A stretch of 50,409 nucleotides of DNA from a virus. Its lineage: Duplodnaviria; Caudoviricetes. Within the stretch, counting starts at the first letter, position 1, and each line of letters starts with the position of its first letter. Position numbers and translations under genes: made by a program. Positions 25,333 through 33,689 of this stretch are shown one piece after another. The DNA is taken from positions 1-50,409 of the IMG/VR virus record IMGVR_UViG_3300010052_000152; one strand, 5' to 3'. The notes under the pieces are model-generated. The model ran no database searches. It worked only from the letters and a program-made list of their open reading frames with translations, and was not told the DNA's origin.

Positions 25333-25898
25333 TCACCGCCGCTGATTTCTGGAAGCTGGTCGACCTGCAGGGCAAACAGGCGTGGGAAGACATGGCCTGG
25401 GGGCAGGGGCTGGCCGCGCCAACTGAACCAGACGACTTCGCGCTCGAGGCGATCTTTGTCATCTGCAACAGCGGTATGAAAAACACGGTGGCGCGGGGCA
25501 TCTTTGATCGCTGCGAAATCGCCCTGGACGCTGGCACGCCAGTGTTTGAGGTGTTCAAGCACCCCGGTAAAGCCGCTGCCATCGAAACCATCTGGCGCGA
25601 TCGCACGCAGCTGCTGGAGGGATATCTCGCAGCTGCCGACAAGTTGGCTTTCTGCGAGTCATTGCCGTGGATTGGTGGCATCACGAAATATCACCTAGCC
25701 AAGAACTTCGGCGCCGACGTTGCCAAGCCGGACGTGCACCTGCAACGCCTGGCAGACCGAGAAGGCTGCACTGCGCAGACGCTATGTGAGCGGTTGGCTG
25801 CCGCGACGAATCTGCGCGTGGCGACCATCGACACGGTGCTGTGGCGCGCATGCGCTGATGGCTTTCTGAACTCGCGGACCGGGGAGATTCGGCTATGA
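25329..25898 (+). CDS. Helix-hairpin-helix DNA-glycosylase-fold protein, 189 aa
   Basis: LPWIGGITKYHL HhH-like motif, followed by KPDVHL.R and IDTVLW. Confidence 0.65.
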   Translation: MITAADFWKLVDLQGKQAWEDMAWGQGLAAPTEPDDFALEAIFVICNSGMKNTVARGIFDRCEIALDAGTPVFEVFKHPGKAAAIETIWRDRTQLLEGYLAAADKLAFCESLPWIGGITKYHLAKNFGADVAKPDVHLQRLADREGCTAQTLCERLAAATNLRVATIDTVLWRACADGFLNSRTGEIRL

Positions 25899-26434
25899 CA
25901 AAGCCCAGCCCGATCTTCATCACCAAACTGCACCCGCTCGAGCAGATGTCCGAGCAGGAGCTGGCTGCGGTGCGCAAGTTCCTGTTCGGCGGTATGCGCG
26001 GCCTCAACGAACAGCACGAGAAGCGATGGCGCCGATTCTGGCGCCGCGTCCTGCAGGCCGAGATCGGCGAGGTGTTCCACATCGACAACGTCGTCGGCCG
26101 CTCGGGCCCGTTCCACCGCATGCACATGGCGATGGAGCAAGGCCTGTTCGATCGGCAGGAGCGCTGGGCAAACATCAAGCACATGCGCAACTGGCTGAAA
26201 ACCGGCGCTGGCTGGGGCACTTACGAGCTGGTCAACGGCCGCATGAAGTTCGTTCCCAAGTCCACCAGCTACGAGGAATGCAGCGACGACGAAATGCGCG
26301 AGGTGCACGAGGCCATGGTGGCCTACCTGCGCTCGCCCTCGGCGCTGCGAAAGCTGTGGCCGCACCTGAGCGCGGACCAGCGATCGGAAATGCTGGAAAC
26401 CATCCTCGAGCGCCCCGAAGAAACACAAACCTGA
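25895..26434 (+). CDS. nin-region protein (DUF1367/NinB-like), 179 aa
   Basis: RSGPFHR, WLK.GAG, VPKS.SY..C.D.EM. Confidence 0.6.
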   Translation: MTKPSPIFITKLHPLEQMSEQELAAVRKFLFGGMRGLNEQHEKRWRRFWRRVLQAEIGEVFHIDNVVGRSGPFHRMHMAMEQGLFDRQERWANIKHMRNWLKTGAGWGTYELVNGRMKFVPKSTSYEECSDDEMREVHEAMVAYLRSPSALRKLWPHLSADQRSEMLETILERPEETQT

Positions 26435-26479
26435 TGCCGAGCGGCCCCGGCATGTGGGCGCACAACCTGGAAAGACGAT

Positions 26480-26800
26480 ATGGACGACAAGAAAGACGAA
26501 CCCGTGAAAATCATCCCGCCCACCGTGGGCCGCAAGGTCTGGTATACGCCGAGCGACGACGATCGCCGCGGCAGCGTCACCGAAAAGGCCATGGAGGTCA
26601 ACGGCGAAGAGCCGCTTGATGCCACTGTGGTGGCCGTATGGGGCGAGCGCTTGGTCAACCTGGCCATTCTCGACATCTACGGCAACCTGCACGCCCGCCG
26701 CTCGGTGACGCTGCTGCAGGCCGGTGACCCGGTCCCCGAGCGCGGCCGCTACGCGCGCTGGATGCCGTACCAGCTGGGCCAGGCCAAGGCCGCGAGCTGA
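26480..26800 (+). CDS. Hypothetical phage protein, 106 aa
   Basis: PTVGRKVWY..VNL..D..G..W motif. Confidence 0.7.
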   Translation: MDDKKDEPVKIIPPTVGRKVWYTPSDDDRRGSVTEKAMEVNGEEPLDATVVAVWGERLVNLAILDIYGNLHARRSVTLLQAGDPVPERGRYARWMPYQLGQAKAAS

Positions 26801-26814
26801 TCGGGGCGCCGGCA

Positions 26815-27258
26815 ATGACAGTCATCGCATGGGACGGGAAGACGCTGGCTGCTGACAAGCAGGCCAGCATTGGTACGGCCATCTTCCAGGTCACCAAAAT
26901 ATTCAGGGTGCGTGGCTGCTTGCTCGGCGCCGCCGGCGACTTTGATCGGATACAGGAGACGATCGCCTGGTTCGCCGCTGGCGCCGATCCTTCAAAGATG
27001 CCGCCATTCCAACGCGACAACACCGACTACGTAGGCCTGCTGGTCATCCAACCTGACGGGTCGATTTTGAAGTACGAGCGGAGCACCACACCGTTCAGGA
27101 TCGAATCGAAGTTTCACGCCCTGGGCTCTGGCCGCGATTTCGCGATTGCCGCGATGTACCTGGGCAAGACAGCCGTTGAGGCAGTAGGTGTGGCCAGTGC
27201 GCTGTGCATCGGTTGTGGCGGGGGAGTTGACACCCTGACCCTCGAAAGTAGGGACTGA
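26815..27258 (+). CDS. Ntn-hydrolase (HslV/proteasome-beta-like) protein, 147 aa
   Basis: M-T-VIAWDG..AAD, TKI, GAAG, ALGSG..A. Confidence 0.75.
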   Translation: MTVIAWDGKTLAADKQASIGTAIFQVTKIFRVRGCLLGAAGDFDRIQETIAWFAAGADPSKMPPFQRDNTDYVGLLVIQPDGSILKYERSTTPFRIESKFHALGSGRDFAIAAMYLGKTAVEAVGVASALCIGCGGGVDTLTLESRD

Positions 27259-27593
27259 TGCAAAGCCCAAACAAGCAGGCCCCCACGGTGGCCGAGGCCT
27301 CATACATCGCGCTGGTGCGCAGCCTGCCGTGCTCGGTGTGCGACTGCGCCGGCCCGTGTGAGGTGCACGAGATCAAGCAGGGCCAGTGGTTCACGTCGAT
27401 CGCCCTGTGCGCGTCGTGCCACCGCGGCGCGCTGCTGGGCCTGCACGGGCAGATGCGCGCATGGAAGCTGCGCAAGATGGACGAGTTAGACGCGCTGGCA
27501 GAGACGGTGCAACGGGTATTTGAACTTTTGAAACCAACACCAGCCCAACAAATACGAGCAAAACGAGCTATCAAAATAGGAGCATCGCTATGA
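27258..27593 (+). CDS. HNH/Zn-finger nuclease-like protein (Ref/DUF968-like)
   Basis: LPCSVC..EVHE..IALCASCH. Confidence 0.7.
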   Translation: MQSPNKQAPTVAEASYIALVRSLPCSVCDCAGPCEVHEIKQGQWFTSIALCASCHRGALLGLHGQMRAWKLRKMDELDALAETVQRVFELLKPTPAQQIRAKRAIKIGASL

Positions 27594-28240
27594 ACGAAGC
27601 AGACGCCGAACCAGAACTGTATGTCCCCCGGCCGGGCATCGTGGCGTGGAAGGTCCTCGACTACCTGGTGAGAAACCCCAACGAAGAGCTGACCCGCGGC
27701 GATGTCGCTGTGAAGTTCGATTGCATAGGCGGCGGCGTCGACACGCTGCTGCAGCTGGCCGTCGCGCGCGGCGCGCTCAAGAAATCGCGCAACGGCATGC
27801 GGGAGCTCACCTGGATACTCGGCGACCTGACCCGCTTCCGCCTTGACCCCATGCCGCCGAGCGGCGCAGCGGCGCCGCCGGCCGCCGCATCAACGCCAAC
27901 GCGAGAGCCGGCGATCAAGGTGGTGCAGCTCGAGCAGCCGCCGAAGGACGCGAAGAACGAAACAGTAGGGCAGGGCGCCCAGCCGGCAGAGCCCTGGGCC
28001 AAGTCCTGGCCAGGCGAACTCAGCGCGGCCGCGCAGGGCGGGCCCGAGCCAGGGCCGGCAACTCCTGCGCCCGTCATGGTGCCAATGCCGCTGCAACTCA
28101 CCCCCGAGCTGATCGAGGCGGTGAAGAGCGACCCGGCCACCAGCTTCGACAACAAGGCCGACGGCCACCACGCGATCGGCTGGCTGATGGATGCCTGGGC
28201 AGTGATGGTGAAGCGCCAGCAGCAGGCCGTCCGACCCTAG
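27590..28240 (+). CDS. Hypothetical protein with an N-terminal winged-helix-like domain and Pro/Ala-rich tail
   Basis: AGGAG RBS. ELTRGDVAVKF helix-turn-helix-like segment. Confidence 0.55.
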   Translation: MNEADAEPELYVPRPGIVAWKVLDYLVRNPNEELTRGDVAVKFDCIGGGVDTLLQLAVARGALKKSRNGMRELTWILGDLTRFRLDPMPPSGAAAPPAAASTPTREPAIKVVQLEQPPKDAKNETVGQGAQPAEPWAKSWPGELSAAAQGGPEPGPATPAPVMVPMPLQLTPELIEAVKSDPATSFDNKADGHHAIGWLMDAWAVMVKRQQQAVRP

Positions 28241-28275
28241 TAGCGAGAGATAACGGAAATCAACAGAGAACGACC

Positions 28276-28977
28276 ATGGCAAACACACCACCCGACAACG
28301 ACAAACCGAACGTAGAAGAGCGCTACACACAGGCGACGCACGCGACCAACCTTCGGGTGCAGGATGAGCGCGGCGGCGCCGGTGATCTGCTGATTGCCGT
28401 GGGCTGGAGCCCTTTCAGGCTGGGCGCGGCGATGCTGCGCCTGCACAGCGAGTGGGATGGGGCAGAGAAGCCTGAAAAGCCCACGGCGAAGCGCATCCAC
28501 GCGCTGGCCGCCACCGTGAAAGACATCCAGGTGAACGGCAAGACGGTGCCGGGCTTCGAGCTGGTAGACGGGAAGCCGGTGTCGCGGGACCTGTGGGCAT
28601 ACCAGGAGGCGCACCGGTGGTACGAGCACGAGCTCGGCATCCTGATGGGCAAACTCAAGACGCTGCCCGAGGTGCGCAACCAGGTGGCGATCAAGGCCTA
28701 CGTGTGGCACATCCCGGACCCGTGGGGCGCCGCCGCGGCCGTGATCAAGTTCTGGCTGGACCAGACCTGCCAGGCGTGCGACGGGCAGAAATATCGCCGC
28801 ATCCCCGGCACACCGTCGCTGTCCACCAGACCGTGCGGGTCGTGCTTTGGCTCAGGCCTGGGCCGAGTGCCCTACCGAGACGACGGCAAGCGCCTGGCCA
28901 ACTACATGGACGATTGCGTGAGCCGCGCCCGCCAGTCGATCAAGGGCCGGTTGCACGAAAGCATGGGCAGGGTATAA
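28276..28977 (+). CDS. Late antiterminator Q-like protein
   Basis: Last early gene before the late promoter and terminator. CQACDG..CGSCFGSG zinc finger. Confidence 0.65.
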   Translation: MANTPPDNDKPNVEERYTQATHATNLRVQDERGGAGDLLIAVGWSPFRLGAAMLRLHSEWDGAEKPEKPTAKRIHALAATVKDIQVNGKTVPGFELVDGKPVSRDLWAYQEAHRWYEHELGILMGKLKTLPEVRNQVAIKAYVWHIPDPWGAAAAVIKFWLDQTCQACDGQKYRRIPGTPSLSTRPCGSCFGSGLGRVPYRDDGKRLANYMDDCVSRARQSIKGRLHESMGRV

Positions 28978-28980
28978 AAT
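28951..28980 (+). promoter_or_regulatory. Putative late promoter (pR'-like)
   Basis: TTGCAC, then 16-18 bp, then TATAAAAT, overlapping the end of the Q-like gene. Confidence 0.6.
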
Positions 28981-29100
28981 TCGCGCCAGGGATGACCAGC
29001 CTGCTTAGGCTGTAGCACCCGGACTCTCCGCCAGACGCCCAGCTCGCTTCGTGCATTGCTGGTAGACCTCGATGGCCGAACTGTTCCCAAAATTCCCCCA

Positions 29101-29125
29101 AGCCACCCGTCGCGGTGGCTTTTTT
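29101..29125 (+). terminator. tR'-like intrinsic terminator
   Basis: AGCCACC/GGTGGCT stem plus T-run. Confidence 0.8.
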
Positions 29126-29138
29126 GTTTCCGGCTCAT

Positions 29139-29212
29139 GGTGACATTAGCTCAATGGCAGAGTTTCTGGATGTGACCCAGAAGACCAGGGTTCGATTCCC
29201 GGTGTTACCCCA
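29139..29212 (+). tRNA. tRNA-His(GTG)-like gene, slightly non-canonical
   Basis: GGTGACA/TGTTACC acceptor stem, TAGCTCAATGGCAGAG D arm, TCTGG-ATGTGAC-CCAGA anticodon arm, GGTTCGATTCC T arm, 3' CCA. Confidence 0.8.
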
Positions 29213-29214
29213 AT

Positions 29215-29490
29215 TTGTCCAATGGCTGTCCACTCACATTGGACAGCACCGGATATTGGACAAGATCTCAAACCCAGCCCCACCCCGCTGACCGGCCGCC
29301 TTCACATTCGCGGATTCTGGAAGGCTGGGCTGGCCCCAGCAGGGAGAGCGCTGCACCGCAGCGGTGGGCAAACCCCTGCCTGCCAACGGCCTCGGGCATC
29401 AGCTCCCTCTCCTGGGGACGCCCGAGGCCCGCCGCCCCACGTTTGTCTCCCCAACGACAGTAACCCGCAGTTGCCGTCACGTTGGTTCCA
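29215..29490 (+). ncRNA. Candidate structured RNA / late leader with five tandem stem-loops
   Basis: Complementary pairs read directly from the sequence (listed in findings). No convincing ORF. Confidence 0.4.
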
Positions 29491-29491
29491 C

Positions 29492-29521
29492 GCCCGCCGG
29501 CTCACCCCGGTGGGCTTTTTT
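29492..29521 (+). terminator. Intrinsic terminator before the lysis cassette
   Basis: GCCCGCCGG/CCGGTGGGC stem plus T6. Confidence 0.75.
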
Positions 29522-29558
29522 ACATCCGGTCGTCTCGGCCATCACGAAGGGCACCGAT

Positions 29559-29939
29559 ATGCACGAGCCGACTTTCTCCGCCTTTGCCTGGACAGGCCTG
29601 GTCGCCACGCTGCTGGGCCCAGTGGTGGGCCCGCTGGCGCTGCTGCTGTTCGCGGCCGTGATGGGCAGCCTGCTGGCCATGAGCCGCACGACCACCACAA
29701 CGCGCTGGGAGGGCTTCAAGTTCCTGGCGGTTGGCGTGGGGATATCGCTGGTGCTGACAGGCCTGGCGGTGTGGGCAGTTGAGCGGTACACGCCGATCCC
29801 CGGAAACATCGCCCTGATGCCGGTGGCGTTCGTGATCGCGGCCGCGCGCAACTCGCTCATGGGCCTGATCGAAATGGCGATCGCCGCGGCAGGCGGGTTC
29901 CTGTCGTCGTTTTCGAAACCGAAAGGTGGCGATAAATGA
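29559..29939 (+). CDS. Putative holin, 126 aa
   Basis: Multiple transmembrane segments and a basic C-terminus, first gene of the lysis cassette. GAAGG RBS. Confidence 0.65.
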   Translation: MHEPTFSAFAWTGLVATLLGPVVGPLALLLFAAVMGSLLAMSRTTTTTRWEGFKFLAVGVGISLVLTGLAVWAVERYTPIPGNIALMPVAFVIAAARNSLMGLIEMAIAAAGGFLSSFSKPKGGDK

Positions 29940-30247
29940 ACACAGTGCTGGTGCTCCTGCAGATGGTGATGGCCCTGGGCCTGGCCTATTCCTGCTTTTG
30001 CCGGCTGGTGCGCACGGACGCCGAGACGGTCCGCGAAGTGCGCCTGGCCATCTGGTTTGAAGCCTTGGCGGCCGGCCTGGTCGCCGGCGCCCCGATCGTG
30101 CCGCTGTTGGTGCCGGAAATCACCTGGTCGCCCGGCACCACGCCCCGCTGGATCTGGCTGGTGCTGCTGGTGGCCGCCACGTTCGTGCAGCTGGTCACCT
30201 CGCGCTACTGGCGCGGCGGCATCCCCCGCGACTTCCAGAAAGGTTGA
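29936..30247 (+). CDS. Membrane protein (holin/antiholin candidate), 103 aa
   Basis: Three hydrophobic segments. ATGA overlap. Confidence 0.6.
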   Translation: MNTVLVLLQMVMALGLAYSCFCRLVRTDAETVREVRLAIWFEALAAGLVAGAPIVPLLVPEITWSPGTTPRWIWLVLLVAATFVQLVTSRYWRGGIPRDFQKG

Positions 30248-30250
30248 GCC

Positions 30251-30463
30251 ATGAAAACCCTCATCCTCGCTTCCGCGCTGGCCCTGCCGGTGCAACAGGC
30301 GTCCTCACCCGTGGCCACGCTGGCGCCTGGCCAGGCAGTGCGCTGCGCCGCTGCAGAGGGCTGCATCGTCATGACCAAGCGGGCCATGGACGAATTCCTC
30401 AAGGAGCTGGCCATCGCGGCCGGCCAGGCCTGCGCCGCCACGCACCAGAAAGGCTCGGTATGA
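30251..30463 (+). CDS. Small exported protein, 70 aa
   Basis: MKTLILASALAL signal-like N-terminus. ATGA overlap with the endolysin. Confidence 0.55.
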   Translation: MKTLILASALALPVQQASSPVATLAPGQAVRCAAAEGCIVMTKRAMDEFLKELAIAAGQACAATHQKGSV

Positions 30464-30909
30464 ACCTCACCCCCCACTTCACGCTGGAAGAGTTCACCGC
30501 CAGCGACGCCGCCGCGCGCCTGGGCCTTGACAACAGCGTGCCGGCCGACCTCATGGCCAACGCCGTAGCCGCCGCCGAAATGATGGAGCGCATCCGCGAC
30601 GCCCTGGGCGACAAGCCCGTCATCGTCACCAGCGGCTACCGCGCGCCCGAGGTCAACAAGGCCGTGGGCAGCGGCCCGGGCAGCGATCACCCGAAGGCGT
30701 GCGCCTACGACTTCAAATGCCCGGCGTTCGGCACGCCCTACGAGGTGGCCCGCCACCTGGCCACGAAGGTCGACAGCCTGGGCATCGGCCAGCTGATCCA
30801 TGAGTTCGGCAGCTGGGTGCACGTGTCCACCCGCACGCCGGACAAGATCGTGAACCGGATCATCACCATCAGCGGCCGCGGCACCGAGGCAGGGATACAG
30901 CGCGTATGA
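30460..30909 (+). CDS. Endolysin, peptidase M15A family, 149 aa
   Basis: LTPHFTLEEF, TSGYR..N..VG, SDH..A.D, WVHVS. Confidence 0.9.
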   Translation: MNLTPHFTLEEFTASDAAARLGLDNSVPADLMANAVAAAEMMERIRDALGDKPVIVTSGYRAPEVNKAVGSGPGSDHPKACAYDFKCPAFGTPYEVARHLATKVDSLGIGQLIHEFGSWVHVSTRTPDKIVNRIITISGRGTEAGIQRV

Positions 30910-31391
30910 ACGCGCTCAGCACCGGCGCCAAGCTGGCCATGTACGGGGTTCTAGCGCTCGCCATCATGGGCGCCCTGACCGGCGCCTACCTGCACATCAA
31001 GGAAATCGGCCGCGAAGAGGTGATCGGCGAGCTGCTGGAGCAGACCATCGTCGTCAACAAGGCGCGCGCGGCCATCGCCGCCCCGATCGAGAAGAAGGTG
31101 GTCCAGAAGATCACCGAGATCGCAGTCGTCACCGAAACCATCACCAAAGAGGTGCCCGTTTATGTCAAAACTTCTGATTGCCCTATGTCTCCCGGCTTTC
31201 GCGTCCTGCACGACGCGGCTGCCGATGGCCGACTTCCCGACCCCGCCAGCATCCCTGATGCAGCGCCTGCCCCCGCTCAAGAAGTTGCCAGCACCGTCGC
31301 AACCAACTACGGAACCTGCCACAAAGCCCTCACCATCGTGAACGGCTGGCAGGAATGGGCCGACGAGCAGGCCAAGCTCAAAACCCGCTGA
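30906..31391 (+). CDS. Rz: Inner-membrane spanin
   Basis: N-terminal transmembrane anchor, follows the endolysin, contains an embedded lipoprotein gene. Confidence 0.75.
   Translation: MNALSTGAKLAMYGVLALAIMGALTGAYLHIKEIGREEVIGELLEQTIVVNKARAAIAAPIEKKVVQKITEIAVVTETITKEVPVYVKTSDCPMSPGFRVLHDAAADGRLPDPASIPDAAPAPAQEVASTVATNYGTCHKALTIVNGWQEWADEQAKLKTR
31162..31341 (+). CDS. Rz1: Outer-membrane spanin lipoprotein embedded in Rz (+1 frame), 59 aa
   Basis: MSKLLIALCLPAFASC lipobox, Pro-rich mature part, GAGG RBS. Not in the ORF track. Confidence 0.75.
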   Translation: MSKLLIALCLPAFASCTTRLPMADFPTPPASLMQRLPPLKKLPAPSQPTTEPATKPSPS

Positions 31392-32188
31392 TGGCTACGG
31401 TAAAGAAGAAACCCGCCCCCGTAGTGAAGCCGAGGGCGCGCAGCGCCCCGGCCCCCCAGCCCAAACAGCTGACCCCGAGCGAGCAGCGCTTTGTCCAGGA
31501 GTATCTGGTCGACCTCAACGGCACCCAGGCCTACATGCGGGCTTACCCTGACGCGAAGAACGCATCAGCCCGCGTCCAGGCCTGCCGCTTGTTAGCGGAC
31601 CCTAACATTTCCGACGCCATCGCAGCAGCGCAGGCCGCGCGCGCCGCAAAGCTGGGCATTTCCGCCGAAGTGGCGCTGCAGCACGTCTGGGACATTGCCA
31701 CGGCGGACGCCCGCGACCTGGTCGAGTACCGGGTGGGCTGCTGCCGGCACTGCTGGGGCGAGGGTTTCGCCTACCAGCGCACCGACGCGCAGTTCCGGGC
31801 CGATCGCGCGGCCCACGCGCACGCGCTGGCCACGGCCGACAGCAAGGGCAAGAAGAAGCTGGGCAAGTTCAACCCGCAGGGCGGCCCAGGCTTCGATCTG
31901 CGCAACCAGCCGAACCCCGATTGCCCCGAATGCGCGGGCGAGGGCGTGGGCCGGGACGTTTACAAGGACACGCGCAAGCTGCCGCGCGCCGCCGCGACGC
32001 TCTATGCCGGCGTGAAGCGCACGAAAGACGGCTTACAGGTCCTGACGCACGACAAGGGCGAGGCGCTGGAGAAGGCCTTCAAGCACCTGGGCCTGTACGA
32101 GAAGGACAACAGGCAGAAGTCGGACCCGGTGACCGCTTTGCTGGAGCACATCAATGCAACTGGCAGCCGAATCCCCGTTCGCAAGTAA
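31391..32188 (+). CDS. terS: Terminase small subunit with Cys4 insertion
   Basis: RFVQEYLVDLNGTQAY.RA, CRHC..CPEC, DK..ALE...KHLG. Confidence 0.88.
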   Translation: MATVKKKPAPVVKPRARSAPAPQPKQLTPSEQRFVQEYLVDLNGTQAYMRAYPDAKNASARVQACRLLADPNISDAIAAAQAARAAKLGISAEVALQHVWDIATADARDLVEYRVGCCRHCWGEGFAYQRTDAQFRADRAAHAHALATADSKGKKKLGKFNPQGGPGFDLRNQPNPDCPECAGEGVGRDVYKDTRKLPRAAATLYAGVKRTKDGLQVLTHDKGEALEKAFKHLGLYEKDNRQKSDPVTALLEHINATGSRIPVRK

Positions 32189-33677
32189 GGAATGGCTCGA
32201 TCCGTGGTGGCGGCTCAATAACCTCTACGAGCTGGTCGACGACGACGGCAAGCCCTTCCGGTTCAAGGCCAACGAAGAGCAGACCGAGTTCTACAACAAC
32301 ATCTGGTACCGCAACCTGGTGCTTAAGGCGCGCCAGCTCGGCTTCACCACCTTCATCGACCTGCTGCTGCTGGACCAGTGCCTGTTCAACCCGAACTTCA
32401 CGGCCGGCATCATCGCGCACAGCCTGGAAGACGCGACGAAGATCTTCCGCAACAAGGTGCTGTACCCGTTCGAGCACCTGCCCGAGGTGCTACGCGAGCG
32501 CGTGAAGCTCAAGAAGCAGTCCGCCGCGGAGCTGATCTTTGGCAATGGGTCCAGCATCAGCGTGGGCACCAGCATGCGATCAGGCACGCTGCAGGCGCTG
32601 CACGTGTCCGAGTTCGGGAAGATCTGCCGCAAGTACCCCGAGCGGGCGCAGGAAATCATTTCAGGGTCGTTCGAGACGATCGCCCTGACCAACATGATCT
32701 TTGTCGAGTCCACGGCCGAAGGCGCCGAGGGCCCGTTCTACGACATGTGCGACGAGGCCTTGAAGCGCATGGAAGAGCGCGTGCCGGAAACCGAGCTGGA
32801 CTTCCGGCTGCATTTCTTCCCTTGGTACACCAAAGGCAAGTACCAGATGAACCCGGCCGGCGTGTTGCTGGAGCCCCTGGAGCGCAAGTACTTCGCCAAG
32901 CTGGCCTCGGAAGGCATCGAGCTGACCAGCGCGCAGCAGGCCTGGTATGTGAAGAAGAAGGTCACGCTCAAAGGCAACATGTGCCGCGAGTACCCGGCCA
33001 CCCCAAAGGAAGCGTTCGAACAGACGATCGAGGGAGCGATCTACGGCGACGAAATGACCTGGTTGCGCACGAATGACCGCCTCACGGTGGTGCCGTTCGC
33101 GCCGGGCTACCCCGTCAACACCTTCTGGGACCTGGGCACCAACGACACCACGGCGATCTGGGTGCACCAGCGCGTGGGCCTGCAGGATCGCTTTGTCCGG
33201 TACCACGAAGAGGCCGGCAAGGGCATGAAGTACTTCTGGAACTGGCTCGAGGACCTGCGCGGCGAGCACCAGCTGACCTGGGGCAAGCACTTCCTGCCGC
33301 ATGACGCGGACAACGACCTGCAGGGCGAGGTGGTCGAGACGCGCGTGACCATCCTCGAGCGCCTGGGCATGAAGAACATCGAGGTAGTGCCCCGCGTGGC
33401 CGACGTGAAGGTCGGCATCGACCTGACAAAGGACGCGCTGAAAACCGCCTGGATCGACAAAGAGCATTGCATCGACGGGATCAAGGCCCTGGACCACTAC
33501 CAGCGCGAGTGGGATGAGCGCCTGAGCCGGTGGCGCGATCAGCCGCTGCACAACTGGGCATCGAACGGTGCCGACGCAATCCGCCAATGGGCCCAAGGCT
33601 TCGACGCCACCACCGGCTCGATGTACGCACACGCCAAGAAATCCACAGCGCGCCGCAAGACGTGGCGCGCGGTTTAA
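32154..33677 (+). CDS. terL: Terminase large subunit
   Basis: LKARQLGFTT, LHVSE, ESTAEG, WDLG..D, HNWASNGADA. Confidence 0.92.
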   Translation: MQLAAESPFASKEWLDPWWRLNNLYELVDDDGKPFRFKANEEQTEFYNNIWYRNLVLKARQLGFTTFIDLLLLDQCLFNPNFTAGIIAHSLEDATKIFRNKVLYPFEHLPEVLRERVKLKKQSAAELIFGNGSSISVGTSMRSGTLQALHVSEFGKICRKYPERAQEIISGSFETIALTNMIFVESTAEGAEGPFYDMCDEALKRMEERVPETELDFRLHFFPWYTKGKYQMNPAGVLLEPLERKYFAKLASEGIELTSAQQAWYVKKKVTLKGNMCREYPATPKEAFEQTIEGAIYGDEMTWLRTNDRLTVVPFAPGYPVNTFWDLGTNDTTAIWVHQRVGLQDRFVRYHEEAGKGMKYFWNWLEDLRGEHQLTWGKHFLPHDADNDLQGEVVETRVTILERLGMKNIEVVPRVADVKVGIDLTKDALKTAWIDKEHCIDGIKALDHYQREWDERLSRWRDQPLHNWASNGADAIRQWAQGFDATTGSMYAHAKKSTARRKTWRAV

Positions 33678-33689
33678 CAGGAATCACCT

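Noticed and set aside
29139-29212. tRNA as a prophage attachment site or boundary
   Set aside because: It lies mid-genome between the Q-like gene and the lysis genes. No integrase or duplicated 3' end was noticed.
29364-29558. N-terminal extension of the holin ORF given in the ORF track
   Set aside because: It crosses a terminator and the hairpins. ATG 29559 has an RBS and starts the hydrophobic domain.
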